A stretch of DNA of 50,606 nt from assembly GCA_016181145.1 (NCBI GenBank), contig JACOZW010000002.1, positions 1 to 50,606 on the forward strand, given 5' to 3'. A program made the translations under genes and the position numbers. The DNA is from Candidatus Yanofskybacteria bacterium. Its GTDB lineage: Bacteria > Patescibacteriota > Minisyncoccia > 2-02-FULL-40-12 > GWA2-44-9. Below are positions 25,668-35,101 of the stretch, piece after piece; position 1 is the stretch's first letter, and each line of letters begins with the position of its first letter. The notes below the pieces were generated by a model, which searched no databases, had not been told where the DNA came from, and saw only the letters and a program-made list of their open reading frames with translations.

Positions 25668-25695
25668 TTGACACTTTCTGATACCTTTTGATACC
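25668..25695 (+). promoter_or_regulatory. phased-hexamer promoter/operator element (copy D)
   Basis: TGACAC (25669-25674), TGATAC (25679-25684) and TGATAC (25689-25694). Also readable as TTGACA-N16-GATACC. Confidence 0.5.
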
Positions 25696-25724
25696 ATCTA
25701 GGGGTTGGCAGATTACTCATTTTA

Positions 25725-25768
25725 TTTTACCTATAAGCAACCCTAACCAGGGTTGCTTATAGGTAAAA
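25725..25768 (+). promoter_or_regulatory. perfect 20-bp stem / 4-nt loop hairpin in the predicted 5' leader of the nonulosonic-acid operon
   Basis: TTTTACCTATAAGCAACCCT-AACC-AGGGTTGCTTATAGGTAAAA has no mismatch. There is no U tract after it on either strand. Confidence 0.5.
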
Positions 25769-25800
25769 TGGGGCAGCTTGACTTATTTATAATAACCGTT

Positions 25801-26559
25801 ATGAAAAAGGTGCGTATAATTCCACGCCTAGATATAAAAGGCCCTAACGTCGTGAAGGGTATTCACTGCGAGGGTTTACGTGTAGTTGGAAACCCCAAAG
25901 ACCTAGCTTATCGATATTATCGGGATGGAGCTGATGAAATTCTCTTTATGGATATAGTAGCCAGCCTATATCAACGCAACTTTGACTTTAATATTTTGAG
26001 ATCGATATCCGAAAGAATATTTATCCCCATAACCGTAGGGGGTGGTATTCGATCGATTAATGACATTAATAATGCGCTAAGATCTGGTGCTGATAAAGTT
26101 GCTATAAATACTTATGCCATTAAACACCCTGAGTTCCTGGGCACAGCGGCTCGAAAATTCGGATCTCAATGCATAGTTCTATCCATAGAGGCCAAAAGAA
26201 CTCCGTCTGGATGGTGGGAAGCCTACACAGATGGCGGGAGGGAGCACACTGGAATAAATGCTATTGAATGGGCGAGAAGGGCAATCAAGCTTGGAATTGG
26301 AGAGATTTTGGTCACATCAATAGATAATGACGGAACCAGGGATGGCTTTGATAATCAACTAATCCGATCTATCTCTTCTTTCTCTCCGGTTCCCGTAGTA
26401 ATTCATGGCGGAGCAGGATCTAAAAATTCATTTCTGAATGCTTGCCAAACCCATTTACCAGAAGGTCTGTCTGCTGCGTCTGTTTTCCATTATAAAGAGC
26501 TGTCCATAAAAGACTTGAAAAAATATTTATATAAAAATAATATTCCGGTACGGATATGA
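25801..26559 (+). CDS. hisF: imidazole-glycerol-phosphate-synthase cyclase-subunit homologue (HisF-like, WbuZ type)
   Basis: RIIPRLDIKGPNVVKG, ILFMDIVAS, ITVGGGIRS, EILVTSIDNDGT and IHGGAG motifs. Start set to the ATG at 25801 (MKKVRIIPRLD), because the listed TTG at 25753 lies inside the hairpin. Confidence 0.9.
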   Translation: MKKVRIIPRLDIKGPNVVKGIHCEGLRVVGNPKDLAYRYYRDGADEILFMDIVASLYQRNFDFNILRSISERIFIPITVGGGIRSINDINNALRSGADKVAINTYAIKHPEFLGTAARKFGSQCIVLSIEAKRTPSGWWEAYTDGGREHTGINAIEWARRAIKLGIGEILVTSIDNDGTRDGFDNQLIRSISSFSPVPVVIHGGAGSKNSFLNACQTHLPEGLSAASVFHYKELSIKDLKKYLYKNNIPVRI

Positions 26560-27188
26560 CACGAAAAAAAATTGCTATAATTGATTACGGCGTTGGCAAC
26601 TTACATAGCCTCCTAAAGGCCTTTGATCGATTTGGACAAAACAGTTTCATAACCGAAGAATCAAGCGATATTGATTCGGCTGATGCTATCGTCTTACCAG
26701 GCGTCGGCGCATTTCAATCTGGCATGGATGGATTAAAAATAAGAAACCTGATCAATCCCATAAAAAATTATGCGGAACAGAAAAAGCCCATTCTGGGAAT
26801 ATGTCTTGGAGCTCAAATCCTAATGTCTGAGGGATACGAATTTGGTAGATTTAAAGGCCTTGATATAATTCCGGGCAAAGTAGTGATTTTCAAAAATATA
26901 ACAGAAAAAGTACCCCACATAGGCTGGAATGAGATCTATTCACCGGCATCCGCAAATTGGAATAAGTCTATATTGAAATCAGTCAAATCTAACTCTGATG
27001 TTTATTTTGTCCATTCTTATATATTTCAGCCCAAAAATTATAAAAACATATTAGCGATTACCAAATATGGTGGTCTGGAGTTCTGCTCAGCAATATATAA
27101 AGATAGAATTTATGGTTGCCAGTTCCATCCGGAAAAAAGTGGAGAAATAGGATTAAAAATAATAAAAAACTTTATTGAACTAATATGA
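26556..27188 (+). CDS. hisH: glutamine amidotransferase subunit homologue (HisH-like, WbuY type)
   Basis: IAIIDYGVGNLHSL, LPGVGAF, GICLGAQIL (Cys nucleophile) and FHPEKS motifs. ATGA overlap with the upstream gene. Confidence 0.9.
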   Translation: MTRKKIAIIDYGVGNLHSLLKAFDRFGQNSFITEESSDIDSADAIVLPGVGAFQSGMDGLKIRNLINPIKNYAEQKKPILGICLGAQILMSEGYEFGRFKGLDIIPGKVVIFKNITEKVPHIGWNEIYSPASANWNKSILKSVKSNSDVYFVHSYIFQPKNYKNILAITKYGGLEFCSAIYKDRIYGCQFHPEKSGEIGLKIIKNFIELI

Positions 27189-28429
27189 AAACACTGTATG
27201 GTTTGCCCGAAAAAGTTATTTTTTGCAAGAAATGTGTAATATCAAACCAGCGCCCAAGTTCAGCTGTAGAGTTTAAGCACACCATTAAAAGCAAGAAGGA
27301 GACTATCCACTTCAATGAGAATAATGTATGCGATGCTTGCCTATATAACGAACAGAAAAAAAATATTGACTGGGACCTGAGGGAAAAAGAACTAATAAAG
27401 CTCTGTAATAAATATAGGAAGAGAAATGGTCAATACGATGTCTTGGTGCCCGGATCAGGAGGAAAAGACAGTATAAAAGCAGCTCATGTATTAAAGTACA
27501 AGTACGGAATGCATCCCCTTACTGTTACCTGGGCACCCCACATGCATACGCCCTGGGGATGGAAAAATTTCGAATCATGGATCCACTCCGGCTTTGATAA
27601 CTATCTATGCACACCCAACGGAAAGGTTCATCGACTCCTCACTAGATTAGCTGTCGAGAACTTATTCCATCCCTTTCAGCCGTTTATGATCGGCCAGAAA
27701 TCTCTTGCCCCAAAGATGGCATTATTATTCCGAATTCCCCTGATAATTTTCGGTGACAATGAAGCGGAATATGGCAATCCGATCGCCGACAACAATACCG
27801 CCCTGAGGGATTGGAAATATTTTACAGCAGAAGACCAAACCAAAATTTATTTAGGAGGAGTTTCTTTCAGGGATTTGAAGAGCAAATATGGACTCATCGA
27901 TGCAGACTTAATCCCCTACTTGCCGGCTGACCCCAAAGAGCTTAAGAGATTAAAAGCTGAAGTCCATTATCTGGGATACTATATGAAATGGCATCCGCAG
28001 GAATCCTATTATTATTCAGTGAAACATGCCGGCTTCCAGGCATCACCGGAAAGAACTCCCGGCACATACAGTAAATATAACAGCATAGACGACAAGATAG
28101 ATGACTATCATTACTATACGACCTTTATCAAGTTCGGGATTGGACGGGCAACATATGATGCCGCCCAAGAAGTCAGAAACGGAGAAATAACCCGCGAAGA
28201 AGGTGTGTCGTTAATACATAGATTCGACGGTGAATATCCGGACAGATTCGAAAAGGAGATATTTGATTATCTGACAATCGGCAAGCACGAATTCCCTAAG
28301 GCCTACAAGGAGTTGGGACATCCGGATATGAATAAGGATTATTTTATGAAATTGGCCGATAAATTCAGATCGCCTCACCTTTGGAAAAAAGAAAAAAATA
28401 AATGGATATTACGCCACCAAGTAAAATAG
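27185..28429 (+). CDS. N-acetyl sugar amidotransferase (WbuX / PseA family, PP-loop ATPase)
   Basis: PP-loop VLVPGSGGKDS and an N-terminal Cys cluster CKKCVISNQRP...CDAC. The gene order hisF-hisH-amidotransferase matches known acetamidino-sugar loci. Confidence 0.85.
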   Translation: MKTLYGLPEKVIFCKKCVISNQRPSSAVEFKHTIKSKKETIHFNENNVCDACLYNEQKKNIDWDLREKELIKLCNKYRKRNGQYDVLVPGSGGKDSIKAAHVLKYKYGMHPLTVTWAPHMHTPWGWKNFESWIHSGFDNYLCTPNGKVHRLLTRLAVENLFHPFQPFMIGQKSLAPKMALLFRIPLIIFGDNEAEYGNPIADNNTALRDWKYFTAEDQTKIYLGGVSFRDLKSKYGLIDADLIPYLPADPKELKRLKAEVHYLGYYMKWHPQESYYYSVKHAGFQASPERTPGTYSKYNSIDDKIDDYHYYTTFIKFGIGRATYDAAQEVRNGEITREEGVSLIHRFDGEYPDRFEKEIFDYLTIGKHEFPKAYKELGHPDMNKDYFMKLADKFRSPHLWKKEKNKWILRHQVK

Positions 28430-28430
28430 C

Positions 28431-29420
28431 ATGAGAAATATTCTAAGAGATTACAAAATTTTCGATATAGATCCCACTAGATCCAGAAGTAAGGACTTCT
28501 ATAAGAACATGCTTGATTACCGAGATCATACGATGAAACAATACCATCCCGCCATTAAAAGAGCTGGCTTTAAATGTTTGCTGTGCGGAAAATCTAGGGC
28601 AAAAGAGTTTCTGGAGTATGAGAATTATAAATTATTTGACTGCCTTTCCTGCGGATTAGTTTCACCTAACATAGATCTAGAAAAACTTAAATCGCTAGAA
28701 ATATATGATGACCCAGCCTATATCAAAGATGCGACGAGAGAGATATTAGATACTTATAATTACAGAAAGGGACAGTATGCACCGGAAAGATTAAATTATA
28801 TCCTCCAGAAAACTAAACTATCGCCTAATAAAATAAAATTACTAGACTTAGGCTGTGGCCCAGGATATTTCTTGAGCTATCTAAAAAATAAAAAGATAAA
28901 ATATAAGGGACTCGAATTAGCCAACTTCTTAGTTAAAATCTGCAAGCAAAAAAATCTTAATGTAGAGGGCTCTGATTTAAGAAAAGAGGTCTCTCAAAGC
29001 TATAATGTTATAACAATGTTTGATGTACTTGAACATTTAACGGATCCGGTTGGCTTGTTTAAGGATCTGAATAATAAAATAGTAAAGGGTGGATACGTTT
29101 TAGCATATACTCCCAATATCCACTCCTTGGCCTATTCACTAATGAAAGAAAGGCAGAATACTCTATATCCATTTCAACATTTGGCATTTTTTGACAACAA
29201 GTCGCTTAACTACCTTGCGAAAAAGACAGGATTTAAGGTTTTTTCAATAGATTACTTCGGATTAGATGTGGCGGATTACTTATACATGAAAGCTTATGAT
29301 GATGCTCATGACTATTTAGAAAAACTAAAAGATTTTATACCGACAATGCAAGCGGTAATTGATAAACAAAACTTAAGTAATCACATGCGAATAATATTTA
29401 AAAAAATAAAAAATGTATAA
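28431..29420 (+). CDS. class I SAM-dependent methyltransferase with N-terminal zinc ribbon
   Basis: CLLCG...CLSCG (two CxxC pairs), LLDLGCGPGYF and ITMFDVLEHL motifs. Confidence 0.85.
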   Translation: MRNILRDYKIFDIDPTRSRSKDFYKNMLDYRDHTMKQYHPAIKRAGFKCLLCGKSRAKEFLEYENYKLFDCLSCGLVSPNIDLEKLKSLEIYDDPAYIKDATREILDTYNYRKGQYAPERLNYILQKTKLSPNKIKLLDLGCGPGYFLSYLKNKKIKYKGLELANFLVKICKQKNLNVEGSDLRKEVSQSYNVITMFDVLEHLTDPVGLFKDLNNKIVKGGYVLAYTPNIHSLAYSLMKERQNTLYPFQHLAFFDNKSLNYLAKKTGFKVFSIDYFGLDVADYLYMKAYDDAHDYLEKLKDFIPTMQAVIDKQNLSNHMRIIFKKIKNV

Positions 29421-30111
29421 GAATAAAAAAATATTAGCCGTCATTACGGCACGCGGAGGATCCAAGGGAGTACAAAGAAAAAATATTAAGCCGCTGAATG
29501 GTCATCCCCTTATATCATATGTGATAAATACAGCTAAAGGATCAAAGCTCATAGATCAGGTTATAGTGTCTACCGAGGATAAGGAAATAGCCGAAATAGC
29601 AAAAAAATATGGTGCAATGGTACCTTTCATGCGCCCATTAGAACTCGCGAGTGATACCGCCAAAAGCCTCGATGTTCTCCTGCATGCCGTAAAGTATCTA
29701 GAGCAGGTAAATAAATATAAGGCCGATATTATTGTGTTAATCCAACCGACCACTCCGCTATCAATCACACAGGATATCGATGATTGTATTAAAAAACTAG
29801 TAGATACGCGCTCTAATTCCTGCACTACTGTAGCTGAAGTAGTAGAAAGGCCAGAGTATATGTATTCAATAAAAAACAATAAGGCTGTAGCTTATGTAAA
29901 AAATAGAGATCCAGAAGCTCGACGTCAAGACTTATCTAAGCTTTACATTTCAAATGGAGCGGCTTTCGCCGTAAAGAGAAATATACTGGTCAATAAGAAT
30001 ATGCTCGTGGACGAAGGGAATCACACTGCAGTAATAATGCCGAGAGAACGCTCCGTAGATATAAATGAGCCGCTAGATTTCAAGATTATCGAGGCACTAT
30101 TAGCAAAATAA
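29413..30111 (+). CDS. neuA: CMP-nonulosonic acid synthetase (acylneuraminate cytidylyltransferase)
   Basis: AVITARGGSKGVQRKNIKPLNGHPLI N-terminal signature, about 230 aa. Confidence 0.9.
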   Translation: MYKNKKILAVITARGGSKGVQRKNIKPLNGHPLISYVINTAKGSKLIDQVIVSTEDKEIAEIAKKYGAMVPFMRPLELASDTAKSLDVLLHAVKYLEQVNKYKADIIVLIQPTTPLSITQDIDDCIKKLVDTRSNSCTTVAEVVERPEYMYSIKNNKAVAYVKNRDPEARRQDLSKLYISNGAAFAVKRNILVNKNMLVDEGNHTAVIMPRERSVDINEPLDFKIIEALLAK

Positions 30112-30118
30112 CAAAGCT

Positions 30119-31174
30119 ATGAATGAAACAATAAGAATTGGATCTAAATCTATCGGCAAAGACAAGCCTGTTTTTATTATCGCTGAAGGCGGAGTTAATC
30201 ACAACGGACGCCTCGACTTGGCCTTGAAACTAGTTGATGCCGCCGCCGATGCCGGTGCTGATGCAATTAAGTTTCAGACTTGGACCACGCCAGAGTTAGT
30301 TACGATGCAGGCTCAAATGGCAGAATATCAGAAAAAAAATCTAGGTAAAACTACCTCTCAGGCGGAAATGCTCAGAAAAGTTGAATTAAAAGAAGAATAT
30401 TTTCCGGCAATTTTAAGGAGAGCTGCTAAAAGAAAACTTATCCTCCTATCGTCAGCTCATGGCGGATTTGCCGCCGTAGACCGAGTTCAAAGACTAGGAC
30501 TTCCGGCATTTAAGATAGCTTCTGGAGACACGGTAAATTATCCTATCCTAGCTCACGCTGCAAAATATGGAAAGCCCATAATTCTTGGAACTGGTATGTG
30601 CACAATGGCCGAGCTAAAAGAATCAATCCGAATTATGCGAAAAGCCGGAAATGATAAGATCGTCATGCTTCATTGCACAACCAACTATCCGACACCTTCT
30701 AACGAAGTAAACCTTCGAGCGATGCTGACAATGATGAGGGAGCTAGATGTTCTTATCGGTTACTCCGACCACACCATCGGCCATCAAGTTGCGACAATGG
30801 CTGTTACACTTGGCGCGTGCTGTATTGAAAAGCACTTGACACTTGATAAGAATATGGAGGGGCCGGACCACAAAGCATCGAGCGAACCACAAGAATTTAA
30901 GGCTATGGCAGACTCGATTCGCAATATAGAGGTTATTATGGGATCGCCGATTAAAAAGCCTTGCCCGAGCGAAACTAGAATAATGGCTATCGCCAGAAAG
31001 AGCATAGTCACGACTGCAACGATTAAAAAAGGTGATAGATTCACTAAAAATAATATTGGCATCAAGAGACCCGGCAACGGCATACCACCACAGCATTACT
31101 GGAAAATTCTAGGAGAGACTGCCAAAAAAAATATCTCTTCCGACAAGATCCTAAGACCATCTGATATAGAGTAA
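30119..31174 (+). CDS. neuB: N-acylneuraminate (nonulosonic acid) synthase
   Basis: FIIAEGGVNHNG, ADAIKFQTW and SDHT motifs, with a C-terminal SAF domain (IVTTATIKKGDRFTKNNIGIKRPG). Confidence 0.92.
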   Translation: MNETIRIGSKSIGKDKPVFIIAEGGVNHNGRLDLALKLVDAAADAGADAIKFQTWTTPELVTMQAQMAEYQKKNLGKTTSQAEMLRKVELKEEYFPAILRRAAKRKLILLSSAHGGFAAVDRVQRLGLPAFKIASGDTVNYPILAHAAKYGKPIILGTGMCTMAELKESIRIMRKAGNDKIVMLHCTTNYPTPSNEVNLRAMLTMMRELDVLIGYSDHTIGHQVATMAVTLGACCIEKHLTLDKNMEGPDHKASSEPQEFKAMADSIRNIEVIMGSPIKKPCPSETRIMAIARKSIVTTATIKKGDRFTKNNIGIKRPGNGIPPQHYWKILGETAKKNISSDKILRPSDIE

Positions 31175-31197
31175 ATTGTGTCACAATTTTTTATTTT

Positions 31198-32343
31198 ATG
31201 AAAAAGAAAGTACTGATAATTACAGGTGCTAGGTCCGAATACGGTTTATTAAAACCGGTGTTCCTAGAAATGCAAAAAAGTAAAAAAATAGAACCTCTTC
31301 TTTTGGTTACCGGCATGCATACTCTTAAAAAACATGGATACACGGTCAATGAAGTCAAGAACGATGGCATACCGATAGCTCATGTTGCAAGTATATCAGA
31401 AGACGACGATATGCTTTCAGCTTTAGCCAGCGAAATAACTAGTATTAAAAAGTACTGCATAGCCAATAAGCCCAACCTAATCCTAGTTAATGGCGATAGG
31501 GATGAGTCATTTGCGGGAGCAATCGTAAGTGGCCATTTAAAAATACCTCTTGGCCACATTCATGGCGGAGATGTAACCGGATTCGTGGTCGATGAATATA
31601 TCAGACATGCAACAACTAAGTTTGCCCATCTCCATTTTACAGCTAGTCCGGCCAGCTACAGGAGAGTACTTAAGCTGGGTGAGGAAAAATGGCGGGTTTT
31701 TTGTACGGGATCAACTGGACTGGACAGATATTCCGACATGGGTTTCCTTCCTAAGGAGGATCTAGCTAAGAAATATAATCTTAATCTGAATAAAAAATGG
31801 TTTTTAGTTATTCATCACCCAACACCATTAGATAAAATCTCGATCAAGCAGCAGATCAATCCCCTATTAGCCTCTCTGGCGGATTCTAAGGATACTGAAA
31901 AGATTGTTATTTATCCCAACTCCGATATGGGCAGTAAATTATTTATTAAAGAGATAAACAGATATAAAAATCGCCAAGATTTTCATATATATCCCAATGT
32001 TTCACTAAAAGACCATGCTAGTTTTATGAAAAATGTCAATATATTGATCGGTAATTCCAGTTCGGGTATCATTGAGGCGGCTTATTTCAAGCTACCAGTA
32101 GTCAATATAGGCAACCGGCAGAGGGGAAGGGAAAGAGATAATAATGTAATAAACTGCGCCTATGATAGAGAAAGTATTGAAAAATCGATTACTCTTGCTT
32201 CTTCGGCAAAATTTGTCAAAGATTGTAAAAAAATAAGAAGTCTATACAAATCCGGAGCTAGTAAAAAAATAGTTAAAATCATTGAACAAAATATCGATAA
32301 AAAAAATCTGTTTTTAAAGGAATTTACCTACTCAAAAATCTAA
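31198..32343 (+). CDS. neuC: UDP-N-acetylglucosamine 2-epimerase (hydrolysing)
   Basis: ITGARSEYGLLKPV, GDRDESFAGAI, GHIHGGD and NSSSGIIEA motifs. Confidence 0.88.
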   Translation: MKKKVLIITGARSEYGLLKPVFLEMQKSKKIEPLLLVTGMHTLKKHGYTVNEVKNDGIPIAHVASISEDDDMLSALASEITSIKKYCIANKPNLILVNGDRDESFAGAIVSGHLKIPLGHIHGGDVTGFVVDEYIRHATTKFAHLHFTASPASYRRVLKLGEEKWRVFCTGSTGLDRYSDMGFLPKEDLAKKYNLNLNKKWFLVIHHPTPLDKISIKQQINPLLASLADSKDTEKIVIYPNSDMGSKLFIKEINRYKNRQDFHIYPNVSLKDHASFMKNVNILIGNSSSGIIEAAYFKLPVVNIGNRQRGRERDNNVINCAYDRESIEKSITLASSAKFVKDCKKIRSLYKSGASKKIVKIIEQNIDKKNLFLKEFTYSKI

Positions 32344-34070
32344 TGCCATCTAAAACCAAAAAGCCAGTAAGAATTCTAGGAATTGGACCAGAGGTCTGGA
32401 TATCTTCGGCTGCCTTAATAGAAAATGGACGAATAGTCGCCGGTGCAGCCGAAGAAAGATTTAACCGACAGAAAGCATCTAGGGATTTCCCATTTAAATC
32501 TATTGAGCATTGTCTCAAGGAGGCAAAATGTAAATTCGAGGACATAGACTATGTTGCGGTCGGCTGGAATCCGGCCGTACACCTGAAGTTATATAATTAT
32601 AGATTTTCCAAGGCCTCGAGATGGCGGGCCGAATATTTATATTCCATACCAAACCACCTAATGACCCTGATGAAAGATAAGAAGGTAGATTATGTCGAGC
32701 AGAACTTCGCTCAAAAAAACGGAAAATGCCGGATAGCTTACGTGAACCACCATACTGCACACGCCGCTAATGCATTTTTCTTGTCACCCTATAAAAAGGC
32801 GGCTATTTTGACAGTCGACGGAAGAGGTGAAGATGACACTGCCCTATTTGCAATCGGCAATGGAAATAAAATAGAGGAGCTTCGAACCGTAGAACATCCT
32901 CACTCGCTAGGACTTGTTTATACTACATTCACCCAATTTCTGGGATTTCAAATCCATACTGACGAATGGAAGGTAATGGCTCTAGCCTCCTATGGTAGTA
33001 AAAATAATAGTTATTATACGTCTCTTAAAAAGATGTTTAAGCTGAAACCAGATGGACGTTTTGAAATTGATCTAACTTATTTTGATTATTACCTGCATGA
33101 TCGAAATAATTTTTGGTCACATAAGCTCACTCGAATATTCGGAGAGCCAAGAACTCCTGATTCGAAAATAACAAAAAGACATCAAGATATTGCCGCCGCC
33201 CTGCAACAAGTTACCGAGGAAGTTCTAGCTCATATGCTCAACTGCCTGTATAAAGAAACCGGAATAACTAACTTAACAGTTGGTGGAGGTACATTCATGA
33301 ATTCCGTTTTTAACGGAAAAATAACTAAAATGACGCCATTTAAAAATGTTTTTATTTCTTCTTGCCCAGATGACAGCGGCATATCAATAGGCGCCGCAAC
33401 CTACGTTTATAATCACATACTTGGCAACCCACACCGCTATGAGCAATCTCATAACTTCTACGGGCCAGAACTCACGGCCAGCCAGATCAATAAGGACCTG
33501 CTGAAATATGGCCAGAAAGCTACCTATATAAAAAATATAGAAAATTACGCAGCAAGACTAATTAGTGAGGGCAAAATCATAGGCTGGTTCCAGGGAAAAA
33601 TGGAATTCGGGCAAAGGGCTCTTGGGAACAGGTCCATATTAGCGGATGCCAGAGATCCAAACATGAAGGATAGAGTTAACTCGGTAATAAAATACCGAGA
33701 AAGTTTCCGGCCGTTTGCACCATCTATATTAGAAGAAGAGGTTCATGATTACTTCGACTGTGCAAAAAATTCTAAAGTTCCTTTCATGGAGAGGGTGTAC
33801 TTAATTAAGGAGGATAAACAAAAATCTATTCCGGCAGTAACCCATATCGATGGCACCGGGAGGTTACAGACAGTCAGCAGGGCCACTAACCCAAGATACT
33901 ATAAACTAATAGAAGAGTTTAAGAAACTCACTGGAATTCCCGTGGTAATGAACACTTCGTTTAACCTAAAGGGAGAACCGATCGTCTGTACCTCAACGGA
34001 TGCTATCAGGACTTTCCATTCCTGTGGATTAGATGCTTTGATAATTGGAAACTATGCGCTCTTAAAATAG
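32343..34070 (+). CDS. carbamoyltransferase (NodU/CmcH family)
   Basis: ILGIGPEVWISSAALIENGRIV, NHHTAHAANAF and NTSFNLKGEPIV motifs. TAATG overlap with neuC. Confidence 0.9.
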   Translation: MPSKTKKPVRILGIGPEVWISSAALIENGRIVAGAAEERFNRQKASRDFPFKSIEHCLKEAKCKFEDIDYVAVGWNPAVHLKLYNYRFSKASRWRAEYLYSIPNHLMTLMKDKKVDYVEQNFAQKNGKCRIAYVNHHTAHAANAFFLSPYKKAAILTVDGRGEDDTALFAIGNGNKIEELRTVEHPHSLGLVYTTFTQFLGFQIHTDEWKVMALASYGSKNNSYYTSLKKMFKLKPDGRFEIDLTYFDYYLHDRNNFWSHKLTRIFGEPRTPDSKITKRHQDIAAALQQVTEEVLAHMLNCLYKETGITNLTVGGGTFMNSVFNGKITKMTPFKNVFISSCPDDSGISIGAATYVYNHILGNPHRYEQSHNFYGPELTASQINKDLLKYGQKATYIKNIENYAARLISEGKIIGWFQGKMEFGQRALGNRSILADARDPNMKDRVNSVIKYRESFRPFAPSILEEEVHDYFDCAKNSKVPFMERVYLIKEDKQKSIPAVTHIDGTGRLQTVSRATNPRYYKLIEEFKKLTGIPVVMNTSFNLKGEPIVCTSTDAIRTFHSCGLDALIIGNYALLK

Positions 34071-34074
34071 ACCG

Positions 34075-35058
34075 ATGACTCAACGACATAAAAAAATAGT
34101 TATCATTGGAGCTGGCCAGATCGGAAGCAGGCATCTACAAGCCATGAAATCGGTCAGTTTACCACTAGAGATACTGATTGTTGACCCTAGTACCAAATCC
34201 CTACAGACAGCCGAGGAAAGATATTTATCGATGCCAAAAGGTAAATTTGAGCATGCGCTCAAATTTCAAAACAGCATGCCCAATAACCTAATTTTCGACT
34301 TAGCTATTATTGCAACGTGTTCCGATATAAGAGCTAAGGTAACCGCAAAACTATTAAATTCCAATCGCATAGACAATCTAGTCCTGGAGAAGATTCTCTT
34401 CGCTAACGGATCCGACTATAAGACTATCGGAAAATTACTAAATAAATCTGATGCAACCGCCTGGATTAACTGCCCAATGAGAATGATGCCTGCATACCAA
34501 GCGATAGAAAAATATTTTAAGAAAGAAAAAATTTCATACATAGTCACCGGGAGTAAATTCGGCCTTATAACCAATGCGATACACTATCTTGACCACGCAT
34601 CTCATTTATCCGGTACGACAGAGTTTGAAATCAATACCGATGGCCTTAATTCGAAACCGATTAGCAGTAAGCGAAAAGGGTTTTTGGAATTCAACGGGAC
34701 TTTGACTGCTCACTTTTCAAATGGAAGTAATGTATCACTAACTTGCCATCCCGAAGGAAATGCTCCGATTATAGTTGAAATACACGGCAATAAAACTAAA
34801 TATATCGGCCGAGAATCCGAAGGAAAAGCCTGGCTGGCGAGAGCCGACAATAATTGGCATTGGGAAGAGTTGGAAGCTCCCATCCCCTTCCAAAGCCAGT
34901 TGACGACTATACTAACTGAGAAAATATTAAATACAGGTAAATGCGATCTGGTTTCATATAATGAATCCGGAAAGATCCACCTAAACATGCTCGAGCCATT
35001 AAGATATTTTTTAAACAAGAACTCAAAAAAGAAATATAAAGAATATCCCTTCACGTAA
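34075..35058 (+). CDS. Gfo/Idh/MocA-family oxidoreductase
   Basis: KIVIIGAGQIGSRHLQA N-terminal Rossmann motif, with length and layout typical of the family. Confidence 0.7.
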   Translation: MTQRHKKIVIIGAGQIGSRHLQAMKSVSLPLEILIVDPSTKSLQTAEERYLSMPKGKFEHALKFQNSMPNNLIFDLAIIATCSDIRAKVTAKLLNSNRIDNLVLEKILFANGSDYKTIGKLLNKSDATAWINCPMRMMPAYQAIEKYFKKEKISYIVTGSKFGLITNAIHYLDHASHLSGTTEFEINTDGLNSKPISSKRKGFLEFNGTLTAHFSNGSNVSLTCHPEGNAPIIVEIHGNKTKYIGRESEGKAWLARADNNWHWEELEAPIPFQSQLTTILTEKILNTGKCDLVSYNESGKIHLNMLEPLRYFLNKNSKKKYKEYPFT

Positions 35059-35092
35059 TAAAAAATCCCACGCTTGTTAAAAAGCCTGGGAT
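35058..35092 (-). terminator. intrinsic terminator for the minus-strand gene (convergent junction)
   Basis: On the minus strand, ATCCCAGGC-(loop)-GCGTGGGAT followed by TTTTTTATTA. Confidence 0.55.
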
Positions 35093-35101
35093 AAGCCCTA
35101 G

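Noticed and set aside
25753-25800. The ORF-track TTG start of the hisF-like gene at 25753
   Set aside because: It lies inside the 3' arm of the perfect hairpin and adds a non-conserved MLIGKMGQLDLFIITV extension. The ATG at 25801 gives the canonical MKKVRIIPRLD N-terminus.
25801-27188. hisF/hisH as histidine biosynthesis genes
   Set aside because: No other his genes are nearby. The pair is translationally coupled to a PP-loop N-acetyl sugar amidotransferase and to neuABC, which is the known WbuXYZ-type arrangement for acetamidino sugars.
30743-31096. Antisense ORFs inside strongly supported genes (for example 30743..31096, 30784..31083, 23864..24235, 34710..35054, 38324..38650, 15904..16233, 21226..21522, 21663..22070, 48863..49252)
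   Set aside because: Each is embedded opposite a gene with clear family motifs. None has an RBS/promoter context or a recognisable domain, so I treat them as spurious six-frame artefacts.
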